From: Candidatus Omnitrophota bacterium
Lineage (GTDB): Bacteria > Ratteibacteria > UBA8468 > MWAK01
Length of the DNA: 64,000 nucleotides
Assembly (NCBI GenBank): GCA_043826355.1
Contig: JBDRQI010000036.1
Location: 54,643 to 118,642, forward strand
Direction of reading: 5' to 3'
The notes beneath the pieces are model-generated. The model was not told the origin of the DNA. It worked only from the letters and a program-made list of their open reading frames with translations, and did no database searches. The position numbers were made by a program, and so were the translations under genes. Within the stretch, counting starts at the first letter, position 1; each line of letters opens with the position of its first letter. This document shows positions 18,169-27,315 of the stretch, one piece after another.

Positions 18169-19512
18169 TCACCCCTTCCCTCTCCCCGCGGGGAGAGGAT
18201 TAAGAGGAGTATTCAGTTTAACCAATTTTATGTGCTGAACCAGAGGCCGCTTGGCAACGCAGACATAGGCGCAGCAGCCGCATTCCATGCAATCTTTCGG
18301 GCTGTATGTGCCGGCTTTGTCCCAGAATTCATTTTCCGCATAAATGCTGAGCATATTGGGCATCAGTTTCATCGGACAGGCGTCAATACACTTGCCGCAC
18401 CGGATACAGGGAGAAAAAGTAGGGTCGCACTCCGCCTCCCGCAGGACCAGTATGCTGGAGGTGCCTTTGATGACCGGCACGTCCAGGGTGGCCTGGGCTA
18501 TGCCCATCATCGGTCCGCCCAGGATAATTTTTTGCCCGTCGGCGGGCGCGTAGCCGCACTCAGCCAATATTTCACTCAATAGCGTCCCAAGTCTGGCATC
18601 ATAATTACCCGGTCTGGAAATATCGTCTCCCGTAACGGTTATGGAACGGCCGGTCAGGGGCGAACCGTTGACCACGGCGTTGTAGATTGTCCGGCAGGTA
18701 CCCACGTTGTGCACCAGCACTCCGACGTCAAAAGGCAGTTTGCCGGAAGGGACTGTTCGGTTGAGCACGGTCTTGATGAGTTGTTTTTCCGCACCCTGGG
18801 GATATTTCGTTTTAAGCACTCTCAGTTTCAGGGTAGGCTCGTTGCGGATAATTTTTTTGATGCTGTTTATGGCGGCGGGTTTATTGTCCTCAACCGCAAT
18901 TATGCCGGCGGGAGAACCGACGATATACATCGCTATCTTCAGCCCGTCAACCACCTCCTGCATATGTTCCTGCAGGAGCCGGTCGTCACAGGTCAGGTAG
19001 GGTTCGCATTCACAGCCGTTGGCGATTACCGTATCAATGTCTTTGGACGAAGATAGTTTGACGTGGGTCGGGAAGGCCGCGCCCCCCAGTCCCACAACGC
19101 CCGCTTCCTTGACCGCGGCGCGCAGTTCCTCGGGCGAATGTTTTTGGTAATCGGGGTAGGTTTTGCCGGGCTCAACGCTCTTGTCCTGTCCGTCGGAATC
19201 GACGATAACCGCGGTCACCGACTGGTTCACCACCGGGTGGTTGTACAAGCAAACATCAAATACCGTACCGGAGACGCTGGCGTGGACCGGAACGGAAACG
19301 TTGCCGACGCTCTCCCCCACCTTCTGCCCCCGGATAACGTAATCGCCTTTCTTAACAATCGGATTGGCCGGGGCCCCGGCGTGCTGGTTCATCGGAAGAA
19401 CAACACGCTTAGGCAAAGGCAGTCCCATGATGGAACAACTGGCCGCCGCATCCTTGCAGTAATCCGGCAGATGTATTCCGCCCGCAAAACTACCCCTGGT
19501 TTTTGTCAACAT
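18169..19512 (-). CDS. rnfC: Rnf complex subunit C
   Basis: GGIH, VHASVSGTV, GVVGLGGAAFPTHVKL, NGCECEPYLT, YPQGAEKQLI, GGPMMG, CIRCGKCIDACP, CMECGCCAYVC. Confidence 0.93.
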   Translation of the reverse strand: MLTKTRGSFAGGIHLPDYCKDAAASCSIMGLPLPKRVVLPMNQHAGAPANPIVKKGDYVIRGQKVGESVGNVSVPVHASVSGTVFDVCLYNHPVVNQSVTAVIVDSDGQDKSVEPGKTYPDYQKHSPEELRAAVKEAGVVGLGGAAFPTHVKLSSSKDIDTVIANGCECEPYLTCDDRLLQEHMQEVVDGLKIAMYIVGSPAGIIAVEDNKPAAINSIKKIIRNEPTLKLRVLKTKYPQGAEKQLIKTVLNRTVPSGKLPFDVGVLVHNVGTCRTIYNAVVNGSPLTGRSITVTGDDISRPGNYDARLGTLLSEILAECGYAPADGQKIILGGPMMGIAQATLDVPVIKGTSSILVLREAECDPTFSPCIRCGKCIDACPMKLMPNMLSIYAENEFWDKAGTYSPKDCMECGCCAYVCVAKRPLVQHIKLVKLNTPLNPLPAGRGKG

Positions 19513-19621
19513 GGCTTGGACTAAAATCTAAATTACACTAAAATTTGAATATTTTACCACTTTTTGCCGCTTAAAAACAACCCGCGCCGCGAAGATTCGT
19601 CATAATGGTATAATATCTTTG

Positions 19622-20605
19622 ATGCTGAACTCTGACGCTGTCAAAAAAAGGCCTGGCTGGCGGCCGGCAATTATCCTTTTGACTATCCTGCTTGTTTCGT
19701 GCGGCGCAAAAGAAGAAAAAGCGTCCTATTCCAACCTGATTATGGGAACCTTTTGCGACCTTGCTTTTACTCCGGTTCCCAATACTGATAGCAGTGAAAT
19801 CGCCGCTAAAGTTTTTAACCGGCTCCGCTATCTGGAAAGTCTCTGGTCAACTTATCAAAAAGAGAGCGAGGTCTCGCAACTGAACACGAAAGGCCGGCTT
19901 AAGCCTTCTCCGGAAACCCTGGCCCTTCTGAAAAAATCTTTAGAGGTTTCCCGTATTTCAAACGGCGCTTTTGATATCACGGTCGCGCCTTTAATGACCG
20001 CCTGGCGCCAATCGGAAAAAAGAGGGAAATTACCCGATTTCAAATCGCTCGTTCCGCTAATCGGCTACCAGAAGTTAGTAATTGAAAAAGGCGGAACGGT
20101 CCGGTTTTTGCAAAAAGGGATGGCTGTTGATTTGGGTGGAATTGGAAAAGGGGCGGCGGTTGATGAGGCGGCCTCGCTTCTAAAATCCGCCGGGGTGAAA
20201 TCGGGCATCGTCAACCTGGGCGGCAACCTCTATGCCTTCGGAGACGGGCCCCACCGGGGCCAATGGAAGGTTGGAATTCAAAATCCGCGCGGGAGCGGCG
20301 CTCTCGGCGCCATCTCCGTAAAGAATCAGGGTGTTTCTACCAGCGGTGATTACCAAAGATATTTTGAGGTCGATGGTAAGCGATACAGCCATATCCTGAA
20401 TCCCCGAACCGGTTCTTTGACGGATTATCCGGAAAGCGTCACGGTGATTGCGCCCGACGCTGCGCTGGCGGACGGACTTTCCACGGCGTTTACCGTTATG
20501 GGTCCAACAGACGCAATTTCGTTGGCCGATACGATTCCCGGCGTTGAAGCGCTAATTATCATGCCGGGTCCGAAATCCTACCGGACAAAAGGTTTCCCGC
20601 AATAA
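19622..20605 (+). CDS. apbE: FAD:protein FMN transferase (ApbE), lipoprotein
   Basis: Lipobox LVSC, MGT, GAFDITV, DLGGIGKG, STSGDYQRYF, HILNPRTG, ADGLSTA; divergent from the rnf operon. Confidence 0.92.
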   Translation: MLNSDAVKKRPGWRPAIILLTILLVSCGAKEEKASYSNLIMGTFCDLAFTPVPNTDSSEIAAKVFNRLRYLESLWSTYQKESEVSQLNTKGRLKPSPETLALLKKSLEVSRISNGAFDITVAPLMTAWRQSEKRGKLPDFKSLVPLIGYQKLVIEKGGTVRFLQKGMAVDLGGIGKGAAVDEAASLLKSAGVKSGIVNLGGNLYAFGDGPHRGQWKVGIQNPRGSGALGAISVKNQGVSTSGDYQRYFEVDGKRYSHILNPRTGSLTDYPESVTVIAPDAALADGLSTAFTVMGPTDAISLADTIPGVEALIIMPGPKSYRTKGFPQ

Positions 20606-20641
20606 TTCTGCCGGTCATTGCACCCGTCAAAGGAAAAGGAG

Positions 20642-21112
20642 TTACAGGAGTTTTTCGAGGAGGGGTTTGAGGTTTGGGAAATCTTTTAAAACGCTCTTGC
20701 CTGTCAAGTCGCAGACGCCGATGACTTTGCCGTCCCTGCTTTCCACCGCATCCGCAAACTCTTTCATCGCCTTTCCGGGACCACCGCCGTGGGTAGCAAA
20801 GATAAAAACATTTTTGCCGGACAGCGGAACGGTTTCCAGAAAACCTCTGATTGCCGGAGCGACGTTAAACGCCCAGACAGGCGAACCGAGGAAGAGCGTG
20901 TCGTAACCGGAGATGTCGGGCAGTTCCTTGAGCGCGGCCTTTCTCCTGGTCAGGGCGTCGCGGCAGTTTTTCAAGAAGAAACCCGGGTGTTCGGGGAGAA
21001 GTCTGAAGTAGTCCGAGGTCTTGCCTTTCTCTTTCAAAAAATCGCCGATAAGATGCGCCAGCAGTTTGGTGTTGCCGGTGAGAGAAAAATAGATAATGAT
21101 TATTTTGTCCAT
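20642..21112 (-). CDS. Flavodoxin-family protein
   Basis: YFSLTGNT, FLGSPVW, FATHGG. Confidence 0.82.
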   Translation of the reverse strand: MDKIIIIYFSLTGNTKLLAHLIGDFLKEKGKTSDYFRLLPEHPGFFLKNCRDALTRRKAALKELPDISGYDTLFLGSPVWAFNVAPAIRGFLETVPLSGKNVFIFATHGGGPGKAMKEFADAVESRDGKVIGVCDLTGKSVLKDFPNLKPLLEKLL

Positions 21113-21126
21113 GATTACCTACAAAT

Positions 21127-21175
21127 GCGCCCCCCTTTCTTCCTCTCCCCGCCGGGGAGAGGAAGAAAGGGTGCG
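21127..21175. repeat. CCTCTCCCC..GGGGAGAGG family hairpin (intergenic copy)
   Basis: CCCTTTCTTCCTCTCCCCGCCGGGGAGAGGAAGAAAGGG; same core as 18179-18198 and 29637-29657. Confidence 0.75.
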
Positions 21176-21176
21176 A

Positions 21177-21220
21177 ATAAATAAAGGCCCTAACCGGAGA
21201 TGGTGAGGGCCTTTATTTAA
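21177..21220 (-). terminator. Intrinsic terminator-like hairpin downstream of the OmpA-family gene
   Basis: TAAATAAAGGCCCT..AGGGCCTTTATTTA inverted repeat with A/T tails on both sides. Confidence 0.6.
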
Positions 21221-21243
21221 TTCAATTACCTTTCTTTAATCAG

Positions 21244-21909
21244 CTACCGGGAGATTATCCGATACTGAACTTTCCGGGCAGAAGGATAGTTGGCTACACT
21301 TACTTCCATCTCGCCTTCAGCTGTAATAGAAATGGAATCCTCCGGTATCCCGTTCTTTACCATATAGTTCTTGACCGATTGGGCTCTTCTTCCGGATAAT
21401 TTCCTGTTGTAATCGGTCGGACCCTCAGGAGAGGCATACCCCATCAAAACCATCTTCGCCTTCGGATTTTCTTTTAGAACTTTTACGTTGGCGTCAAGAA
21501 TTTTCCTGGCGGAAGGCGTCAATTCTGCGCTGTCAAAAAGGAAGTAGATGTCCTGAAGCGACGACTTCTTAACAACCGCCTTTCCGGGGGATTTTTTTGC
21601 AACTGCCTTTTTCGGTGCTTTTTCCGCTTCTGCCAGATAGACGTAACCCCTGTTTCCCCAGACAGTGCTGCCTTTTCCAGCCGGCGCTTCATCCGGCATC
21701 CACCAGGAACCTTTCTTGGCCGCAGTTGCGGTCGGGTTTGACGTCTCTTCCGTTGTATTTACATCCTTTACCGGCGCAGACAGAGCCCCTGACTTACCGT
21801 ACCAGGACGTATCCATAGAAGAGGACTTCAGTATCGGTGTAGCACACCCGGCCAGGATTGAAACTGCAAAAATACAGAGAAGCAAACCGACAAAATTCAA
21901 TCTTTTCAT
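21244..21909 (-). CDS. OmpA/Pal-family peptidoglycan-binding lipoprotein
   Basis: Lipobox LAGC, low-complexity linker, IYFLFDSAEL, YNRKLSGRRAQSVKNY; GGAGGTG RBS. Confidence 0.85.
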   Translation of the reverse strand: MKRLNFVGLLLCIFAVSILAGCATPILKSSSMDTSWYGKSGALSAPVKDVNTTEETSNPTATAAKKGSWWMPDEAPAGKGSTVWGNRGYVYLAEAEKAPKKAVAKKSPGKAVVKKSSLQDIYFLFDSAELTPSARKILDANVKVLKENPKAKMVLMGYASPEGPTDYNRKLSGRRAQSVKNYMVKNGIPEDSISITAEGEMEVSVANYPSARKVQYRIISR

Positions 21910-21944
21910 CTATTTCACCTCCTTTTTTTGGAATTAGCGATTAA

Positions 21945-21973
21945 ATATTACCACCCAACGAAAAGATAGTCAA
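21945..21973 (-). promoter_or_regulatory. Candidate sigma70 promoter of the OmpA-family gene
   Basis: Minus strand TTGACT-17 nt-TAATAT with TG extended -10. Confidence 0.5.
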
Positions 21974-22004
21974 GGCAGCGGCACCGCGCAAACTTTCAGA
22001 AACC

Positions 22005-22361
22005 TTACCGGCTTTTACCCCGCACCGGAATCCCCCGGGTTCTTAACTCGTCGGTCTTCTCCTTGGAACACTTCTGGCACAGGAAGACCGGTTTGGCATC
22101 GCTCTTGTCGTAACCAATTGCCTTGACCAGTCTCCAGAGGTGCGACTCTTCGCCGCAATTATCGCACCTGCCCTCCTTGATGTGCCAGATTTCCGGTATC
22201 GGCGAAGTAAAAATAAACCGGTCCACCCAAAAAAAGATGGCTCCGCCGATGAGGTTGGCGATGATGGTGGATGTAAGGCTCCCGCCTAATTGCCGGACAA
22301 CCAGCCAGAGAATGGGCGTACTCAACTGCCAGCGGATAAGATAGAGAATGAACCGTTTCAT
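22005..22361 (-). CDS. Hypothetical membrane protein with C-terminal CxxC..CxxC zinc ribbon
   Basis: ATG 22361 preceded by GGAGGT; two hydrophobic segments, then CDNC and CQKC. Confidence 0.7.
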   Translation of the reverse strand: MKRFILYLIRWQLSTPILWLVVRQLGGSLTSTIIANLIGGAIFFWVDRFIFTSPIPEIWHIKEGRCDNCGEESHLWRLVKAIGYDKSDAKPVFLCQKCSKEKTDELRTRGIPVRGKSR

Positions 22362-22440
22362 TAATACCTCCGTAAATTTGTTAATATTATAACATCTGGG
22401 GTAAAATATGGGATAAAATATCTGAAGGGTTGCTAAACAA

Positions 22441-22809
22441 ATGCATGAATTCTCTATCTGCCGGGGACTGGTGAATGCAATTCTCTCCGAACTGGAAAAA
22501 CTGGACCCGCCCAACCTGAAGATACTTAAGGCAACCGTCGTAATAGGCCGCCTGCGGCAGATTATACCGGAAACGCTTCAATTCGCTTACGAAACGCTGA
22601 CCAAAGAAACAACCATAGCCGGTTCTAAAATTGAAATCATAAGCGCACCCATCCTGGCAAAATGTCCAAAGTGCGGCTGGGAAGACGAGATTAAAGAGAA
22701 CAATTTCCGGTGCGGCAAATGCGGTTCCGGGGAGATTGAGCTGTCCGGCGGAATGGAACTGTATTTGAATAATTTAACGGTGGAGAAGAATGAGCAACCA
22801 GGAGATTAA
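22441..22809 (+). CDS. hypA: Hydrogenase nickel chaperone HypA
   Basis: MHEFSI, PETLQFAY, CPKC..CGKC, GGMEL. Confidence 0.93.
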   Translation: MHEFSICRGLVNAILSELEKLDPPNLKILKATVVIGRLRQIIPETLQFAYETLTKETTIAGSKIEIISAPILAKCPKCGWEDEIKENNFRCGKCGSGEIELSGGMELYLNNLTVEKNEQPGD

Positions 22810-23440
22810 GGTGTATCGGAACTTGATGGGCGAGAACGAAAAATGGGCAGTCAAGACCCGGCAGTTACTGGCGGAAAATAACTGCGTGATGTTCAACCTC
22901 ATCGGCGGACCGGGTTGCGGAAAGACAACGCTGTTGGAAAAGATGGCCGGACAATTGGAAAAAAAGTTGCGTTTTGCGGTCCTGGAAGGCGACATTGAAA
23001 CGACCCGGGATGCAAAACGGCTTGCCGCTTTGAAGGTTCCGGTCAGCCAGTTATTAACCGGCGGCGCCTGCCACCTGGAAGCCAAGATGGTACACCACGC
23101 CCTGGCTGATTTTGACCTTAGGGAACTGGATATAGTCATCGTGGAAAACGTTGGAAACCTAGTCTGCCCGGCTGAGTTTGACGTCGGCGAAAAATCGAAG
23201 ATTGCGGTCCTCAGCGTTACGGAAGGAGAGGACAAACCGCTCAAATATCCCCTGCTCTTCCGGGAGGCGGCGGCCGTGGCGCTCACCAAAACAGATTTGC
23301 TGCCTCACCTCAGTTTCGAGAAAGAGACCTGCCTGGAGAACATCCGCAGGATAAACGCCAACCTGCCGATCTTCCCGGTCTCCGCGATTAAAAATGAAGG
23401 CGTTGAAAAATTTGTGGAATGGTTGATTAATAAACTGTAG
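22790..23440 (+). CDS. hypB: Hydrogenase nickel-insertion GTPase HypB
   Basis: GGPGCGKTTL, EGDI, GACHL, ENVGNLVCPAEFDVGE, EGEDKPLKYP, TKTD. Confidence 0.93.
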   Translation: MSNQEIKVYRNLMGENEKWAVKTRQLLAENNCVMFNLIGGPGCGKTTLLEKMAGQLEKKLRFAVLEGDIETTRDAKRLAALKVPVSQLLTGGACHLEAKMVHHALADFDLRELDIVIVENVGNLVCPAEFDVGEKSKIAVLSVTEGEDKPLKYPLLFREAAAVALTKTDLLPHLSFEKETCLENIRRINANLPIFPVSAIKNEGVEKFVEWLINKL

Positions 23441-23507
23441 GGGCTTGATGAATCAAGCCCCGGCACAAAACAACACCCCTTTCCCTCGCCTCTCCCGCCG
23501 GGGGGGG
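23437..23507. repeat. GTAG REP supplying the hypB stop, plus a CCCC..CTCCC family copy
   Basis: GTAGGGGCTTGATGAATCAAGCCCC; CCCCTTTCCCTCGCCTCTCCCGCCGGGG, nearly identical to the start of the hypF insertion. Confidence 0.75.
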
Positions 23508-23509
23508 TA

Positions 23510-25909
23510 ATGAAAATAATGAGCGCTTGCCGGATTAAGGTAACTGGCCTGGTGCAGGGCGTCGGATTCCGGCCCTTTGTCTACCGGCTTGCCTCCCGGC
23601 TCGCCCTTTCCGGATTTGTCCGCAACCAGCGGGATGGCGTTAGCATCCTGGCGGAAGGCCGGAAGAATATTCTTAAGAAGTTCCTTGACCGGTTGGAGCG
23701 CGAGGCGCCGCCGGCCAGCCAAATATTCCGGGTTGAAGTTAAGGAAGTCAGGCCGGTTGGGCGCCCTTCATTTAAAATAGAGGAAAGCCGCGGCAAAAAA
23801 GAGGGCAAACTGTTCGTGCCGCCGGATATCGCCGCCTGCCAAAACTGCCTGTCGGAAATGGCCGACCCAACTGACCGGCGCTACCGATACCCTTTCATCA
23901 ACTGCACCAATTGCGGACCCCGTTACTCCATCATCAAAGACCTGCCTTACGACCGCCCCAGAACCGTAATGGCTCAATTCCGGCTCTGCCAAAACTGCGG
24001 CCGCGAGTACCGGGACCCGGCTGACCGGCGCTACCACGCTGAGCCGGTTGCCTGTCCGGTCTGCGGCCCGGAAATATCTCTCCGGCATAAAAACAGAACG
24101 GTCGCAACCGGGGATGCGGCAACCAGGAAAGCGCTCGCGCTGATTAAGCAAGGCAAAATAATCGCGGTCAAGGGCATCGGCGGTTTTCACCTGATTTGCG
24201 ACGCCGCAAATGAAGCGGCGGTAAAGCGGCTGCGCCGGCGGAAGAAGCGCCCGTTCAAACCCCTGGCTCTGATGGCCGAATCTGCGAAAACGGTCAGGCG
24301 GTATGCCCTCCTTTCTGCCGAAGCGGAAAAGTTGCTGACCGGTCCTTGCCGACCTATTTTGCTTCTGCGGAAGAGACCCGGCCAGAATGACTTACCGGAA
24401 TCGTTATCTCCGGATAATAATTATTACGGTTTTTTCCTCGCTTATGCACCGCTCCATTTTCTGCTCCTGGAAATCGGGCCAAAGGTGTTGGTCGCAACCA
24501 GCGCCAACCTGTCCGAGGAGCCGGTTACCTGCGACGATAAAGAAGCAGAAGAGAAACTGGCCGGAATTGCCGACTATTTCCTGACGCATAATCGGAAGAT
24601 TGTCAACCGGTCGGATGATTCGATAATATTACCGGTAAACTCCCCCTTCCCTCGCCCCTCCCGCCAGGGGAGGGAAATCACTCAAACTTTGCGGGGAAGG
24701 GTGCCCTTTCCAAAGCTCTGGAAAGGGGATGTATGCAGGTGGGGGAGCATATTTATCCGGCGGAGCCGCGGCTACGCTCCCCTGCCCATTATCACCGGGG
24801 TTAAATTTCCGGCCAGCCTTGCTTTCGGCGCAGAGGAGAAGGGAACTTTTGCCTTTGCGTCCGGACATACGGTCTTTCCCTCGCCTTATCTCGGCGACCT
24901 GAAGAACTACGAAAACCTCCAATTTTTTGAAAAAACACTGGATTGTTACGGGCGCTTCTTCCGCATTAAACCGGAGTTTTTGGTTGCGGACCTGCATCCG
25001 GATTATCAGAGCCGGCGCAGCGCCGAGAAGACGGCGAAGAAAAAAAAATTACCGCTCTTTCTGGTTCAGCATCACCAGGCGCACGTCGCTTCGGTTCTGG
25101 CGGAATATAACCTTAAAGAACCGGTTATCGGCGTCGTCTTTGACGGCACCGGATACGGCACAGACAAAACGCTCTGGGGCGGCGAATTCTTCTGCGGAAA
25201 TCAGCAGAAGATGAAACGGGTCGGCCGCCTTCTTCCTTTTCCCCTGCCCGGCGGAGACCAAGCGGTATTGCAGCCCTGGCGCATTGCGCTCAGCCTGCTT
25301 CATTCCGCTTTCGGGTCAAAAATACCGGATTTAAAATCTTTGAAAAAGATAGACCGGAATCAAAAAATTGCTGTCCTGGAAACGCTGAATAATGACTATC
25401 CGTTCATCGAAACTTCCAGCGCGGGCCGGCTTTTTGACGCCGTCTCCAGTCTCCTGGGACTTTGCCACCAGCAGACTTATGACGCCCAGGCGCCGATACG
25501 CCTGCAGACTGCGGCCGAAAAAGCAGAGTCCCGATTAACACAGCTTAAACCGTACCCTTTTACCCTGGAAAAGGACGAGGTTCTTCGCGTTGATTGGAAA
25601 CCGATAATTACGGAAATAGCCGGAGAATTAGAGACGGAAAAAAGTACGGAAATAATTGCGGCGCGGTTTCATCTGACCGTTGCGGAAATTATCGAATCAG
25701 TTTGTCTTAGACTCTCCCGAAAGGGTAAAATAAATAAAGTTGTCCTGGCCGGCGGCGTATTTCAAAATCAACTGCTCTTAAAACTGACCCGGGAAAAACT
25801 TTCAGCCGTCGGGTTTTCCGTATTCGTGCCGGAAAAACTGCCCATTAACGACGCGGGAATCTGTCTGGGGCAGTTGTTAATCGCAAAAAACCTATGTGCC
25901 TCGCGATAA
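23510..25909 (+). CDS. hypF: Carbamoyltransferase HypF (with an in-frame repeat insertion)
   Basis: GLVQGVGFRPF, two Zn fingers, KGIGGFHL, TSAN, RRSRGYAP, DLHPDY, QHHQAH, DGTGYG, TSSAGRLFDA, GGVFQN, PINDAG. Confidence 0.94.
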   Translation: MKIMSACRIKVTGLVQGVGFRPFVYRLASRLALSGFVRNQRDGVSILAEGRKNILKKFLDRLEREAPPASQIFRVEVKEVRPVGRPSFKIEESRGKKEGKLFVPPDIAACQNCLSEMADPTDRRYRYPFINCTNCGPRYSIIKDLPYDRPRTVMAQFRLCQNCGREYRDPADRRYHAEPVACPVCGPEISLRHKNRTVATGDAATRKALALIKQGKIIAVKGIGGFHLICDAANEAAVKRLRRRKKRPFKPLALMAESAKTVRRYALLSAEAEKLLTGPCRPILLLRKRPGQNDLPESLSPDNNYYGFFLAYAPLHFLLLEIGPKVLVATSANLSEEPVTCDDKEAEEKLAGIADYFLTHNRKIVNRSDDSIILPVNSPFPRPSRQGREITQTLRGRVPFPKLWKGDVCRWGSIFIRRSRGYAPLPIITGVKFPASLAFGAEEKGTFAFASGHTVFPSPYLGDLKNYENLQFFEKTLDCYGRFFRIKPEFLVADLHPDYQSRRSAEKTAKKKKLPLFLVQHHQAHVASVLAEYNLKEPVIGVVFDGTGYGTDKTLWGGEFFCGNQQKMKRVGRLLPFPLPGGDQAVLQPWRIALSLLHSAFGSKIPDLKSLKKIDRNQKIAVLETLNNDYPFIETSSAGRLFDAVSSLLGLCHQQTYDAQAPIRLQTAAEKAESRLTQLKPYPFTLEKDEVLRVDWKPIITEIAGELETEKSTEIIAARFHLTVAEIIESVCLRLSRKGKINKVVLAGGVFQNQLLLKLTREKLSAVGFSVFVPEKLPINDAGICLGQLLIAKNLCASR

Positions 25910-26118
25910 TTGGCAAAGTGATTGAAATACAAGAGCCGATCGGACCGGGCGCTTTTCCGCAGGGATTAGTGGACGTATTAGGCATCCGGCGCACGGTCAG
26001 TTTCGGCCTGCTGCCTTCGGCGATAAAAGGCGATTATGTCCTGATTCACGCCGGCTTTGCCATCCAGAAACTGGAACCGAAAGACGCGAAAAAAACGTTG
26101 AAGTTGTTAAAAATGTAG
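25894..26118 (+). CDS. hypC: Hydrogenase maturation chaperone HypC
   Basis: MCLAI, GDYVLIHAGFAI. Confidence 0.93.
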   Translation: MCLAIIGKVIEIQEPIGPGAFPQGLVDVLGIRRTVSFGLLPSAIKGDYVLIHAGFAIQKLEPKDAKKTLKLLKM

Positions 26119-26185
26119 GGGCTTGATTCATCAAGCCAGGGGCCGAATGTCGTAGATCCGCCTCAGGCGGGAATCCGACCCCTGC
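26115..26185. repeat. GTAG-type REPIN-like composite supplying the hypC stop
   Basis: Shares a 28-nt identical core ATGTCGTAGATCCGCCTCAGGCGGGAAT with 6906-6933. Confidence 0.75.
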
Positions 26186-26192
26186 AAAAATT

Positions 26193-27314
26193 ATGATTAA
26201 AAAAATCCTGACAGAAATCCGGGCGCTGGCCGGCCAAAGACCAATCTCCATTATGGAGGTCTGCGGCACGCACACCGTTGCGGTTTACCGCAGCGGAATC
26301 GCCGGTCTGCTGCCCAAAAACCTGCGGCTTATCTCCGGACCAGGCTGCCCGGTTTGCGTAACTTCCGAATCGGACTTTTACCGCTTCTTCGTCTTAAGCC
26401 GGAAAAAGGGAGTGATCATCACCACCTTCGGAGACCTGTTGCGCGTACCCTTTACCCCCTTACCCGTCCCTCTCCCCCAGGGGGAGATGATTAATGTGAG
26501 GGGAAAAAAGGAAATTTCCATGCAATCAAGTCTGGAAAAAGAGAGGGCAAAAGGCGCTGACATCCGTATCGTTTACAGCCCGATGGATGCGCTCACAATC
26601 GCGGGAGAAAACCCCGGGAAAAACGTTATCTTCCTGGGGGTCGGATTCGAAACGACTGCGCCGGCGATTGCGGGTGCGGTTCTGGAGGCAAAACGAAACG
26701 GGTTGAAAAATTTTTTCCTTATTTCAGCGCTCAAAACGATTCCGGCGGCAATGGAAGCGCTCTTGAATTTTCCCGGGATACGGATTGACGGCTATCTCTG
26801 CCCGGGCCACGTGAGCGTAATTATCGGCTCCCGCCCCTACCGGTTTATATCGGAAAAGTACCTTCGGCCGGCGGTCATCGCCGGTTTTCAGCCGGAAGAT
26901 ATCCTGGAAGGATTACTGCTTGTCTTGAAGCAGATTAAAAGCGGTAAACCAAAAGTGGAGATACAATACCGCGCGGCGGTGCGTCCGGAAGGAAACGAGG
27001 TTGCCCGGAATCTTATCCAACGGGTCTTTGCAGAGGGACCGGCTTCCTGGCGCGGTCTGGGCGTAATTCCGAAGACCGGCTTGAAATTAAGAGCGGAATT
27101 TCAGCAATTTGACGGGCAAAAACATTTCCGGCTGGCTGAAGGCAAAATCGTCAGGCCAAACCCGGCCTGCCGGTGCGGAGAAGTAATCACCGGAGCCATC
27201 ACGCCGGAAGACTGCCGGCAGTTCCGCCGGAAATGCACGCCGGAGAAACCGCTGGGACCATGCATGGTCAGCGTGGAAGGAACCTGCGCCGCGCATTATA
27301 AATATAATAAATAA
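26193..27314 (+). CDS. hypD: Hydrogenase maturation protein HypD (with an in-frame repeat insertion)
   Basis: MEVCGTHT, GPGCPVCV, GFETT, PGHVS, CRCGEV, GPCMVSVEGTCAA. Confidence 0.94.
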   Translation: MIKKILTEIRALAGQRPISIMEVCGTHTVAVYRSGIAGLLPKNLRLISGPGCPVCVTSESDFYRFFVLSRKKGVIITTFGDLLRVPFTPLPVPLPQGEMINVRGKKEISMQSSLEKERAKGADIRIVYSPMDALTIAGENPGKNVIFLGVGFETTAPAIAGAVLEAKRNGLKNFFLISALKTIPAAMEALLNFPGIRIDGYLCPGHVSVIIGSRPYRFISEKYLRPAVIAGFQPEDILEGLLLVLKQIKSGKPKVEIQYRAAVRPEGNEVARNLIQRVFAEGPASWRGLGVIPKTGLKLRAEFQQFDGQKHFRLAEGKIVRPNPACRCGEVITGAITPEDCRQFRRKCTPEKPLGPCMVSVEGTCAAHYKYNK

Positions 27315-27315
27315 T

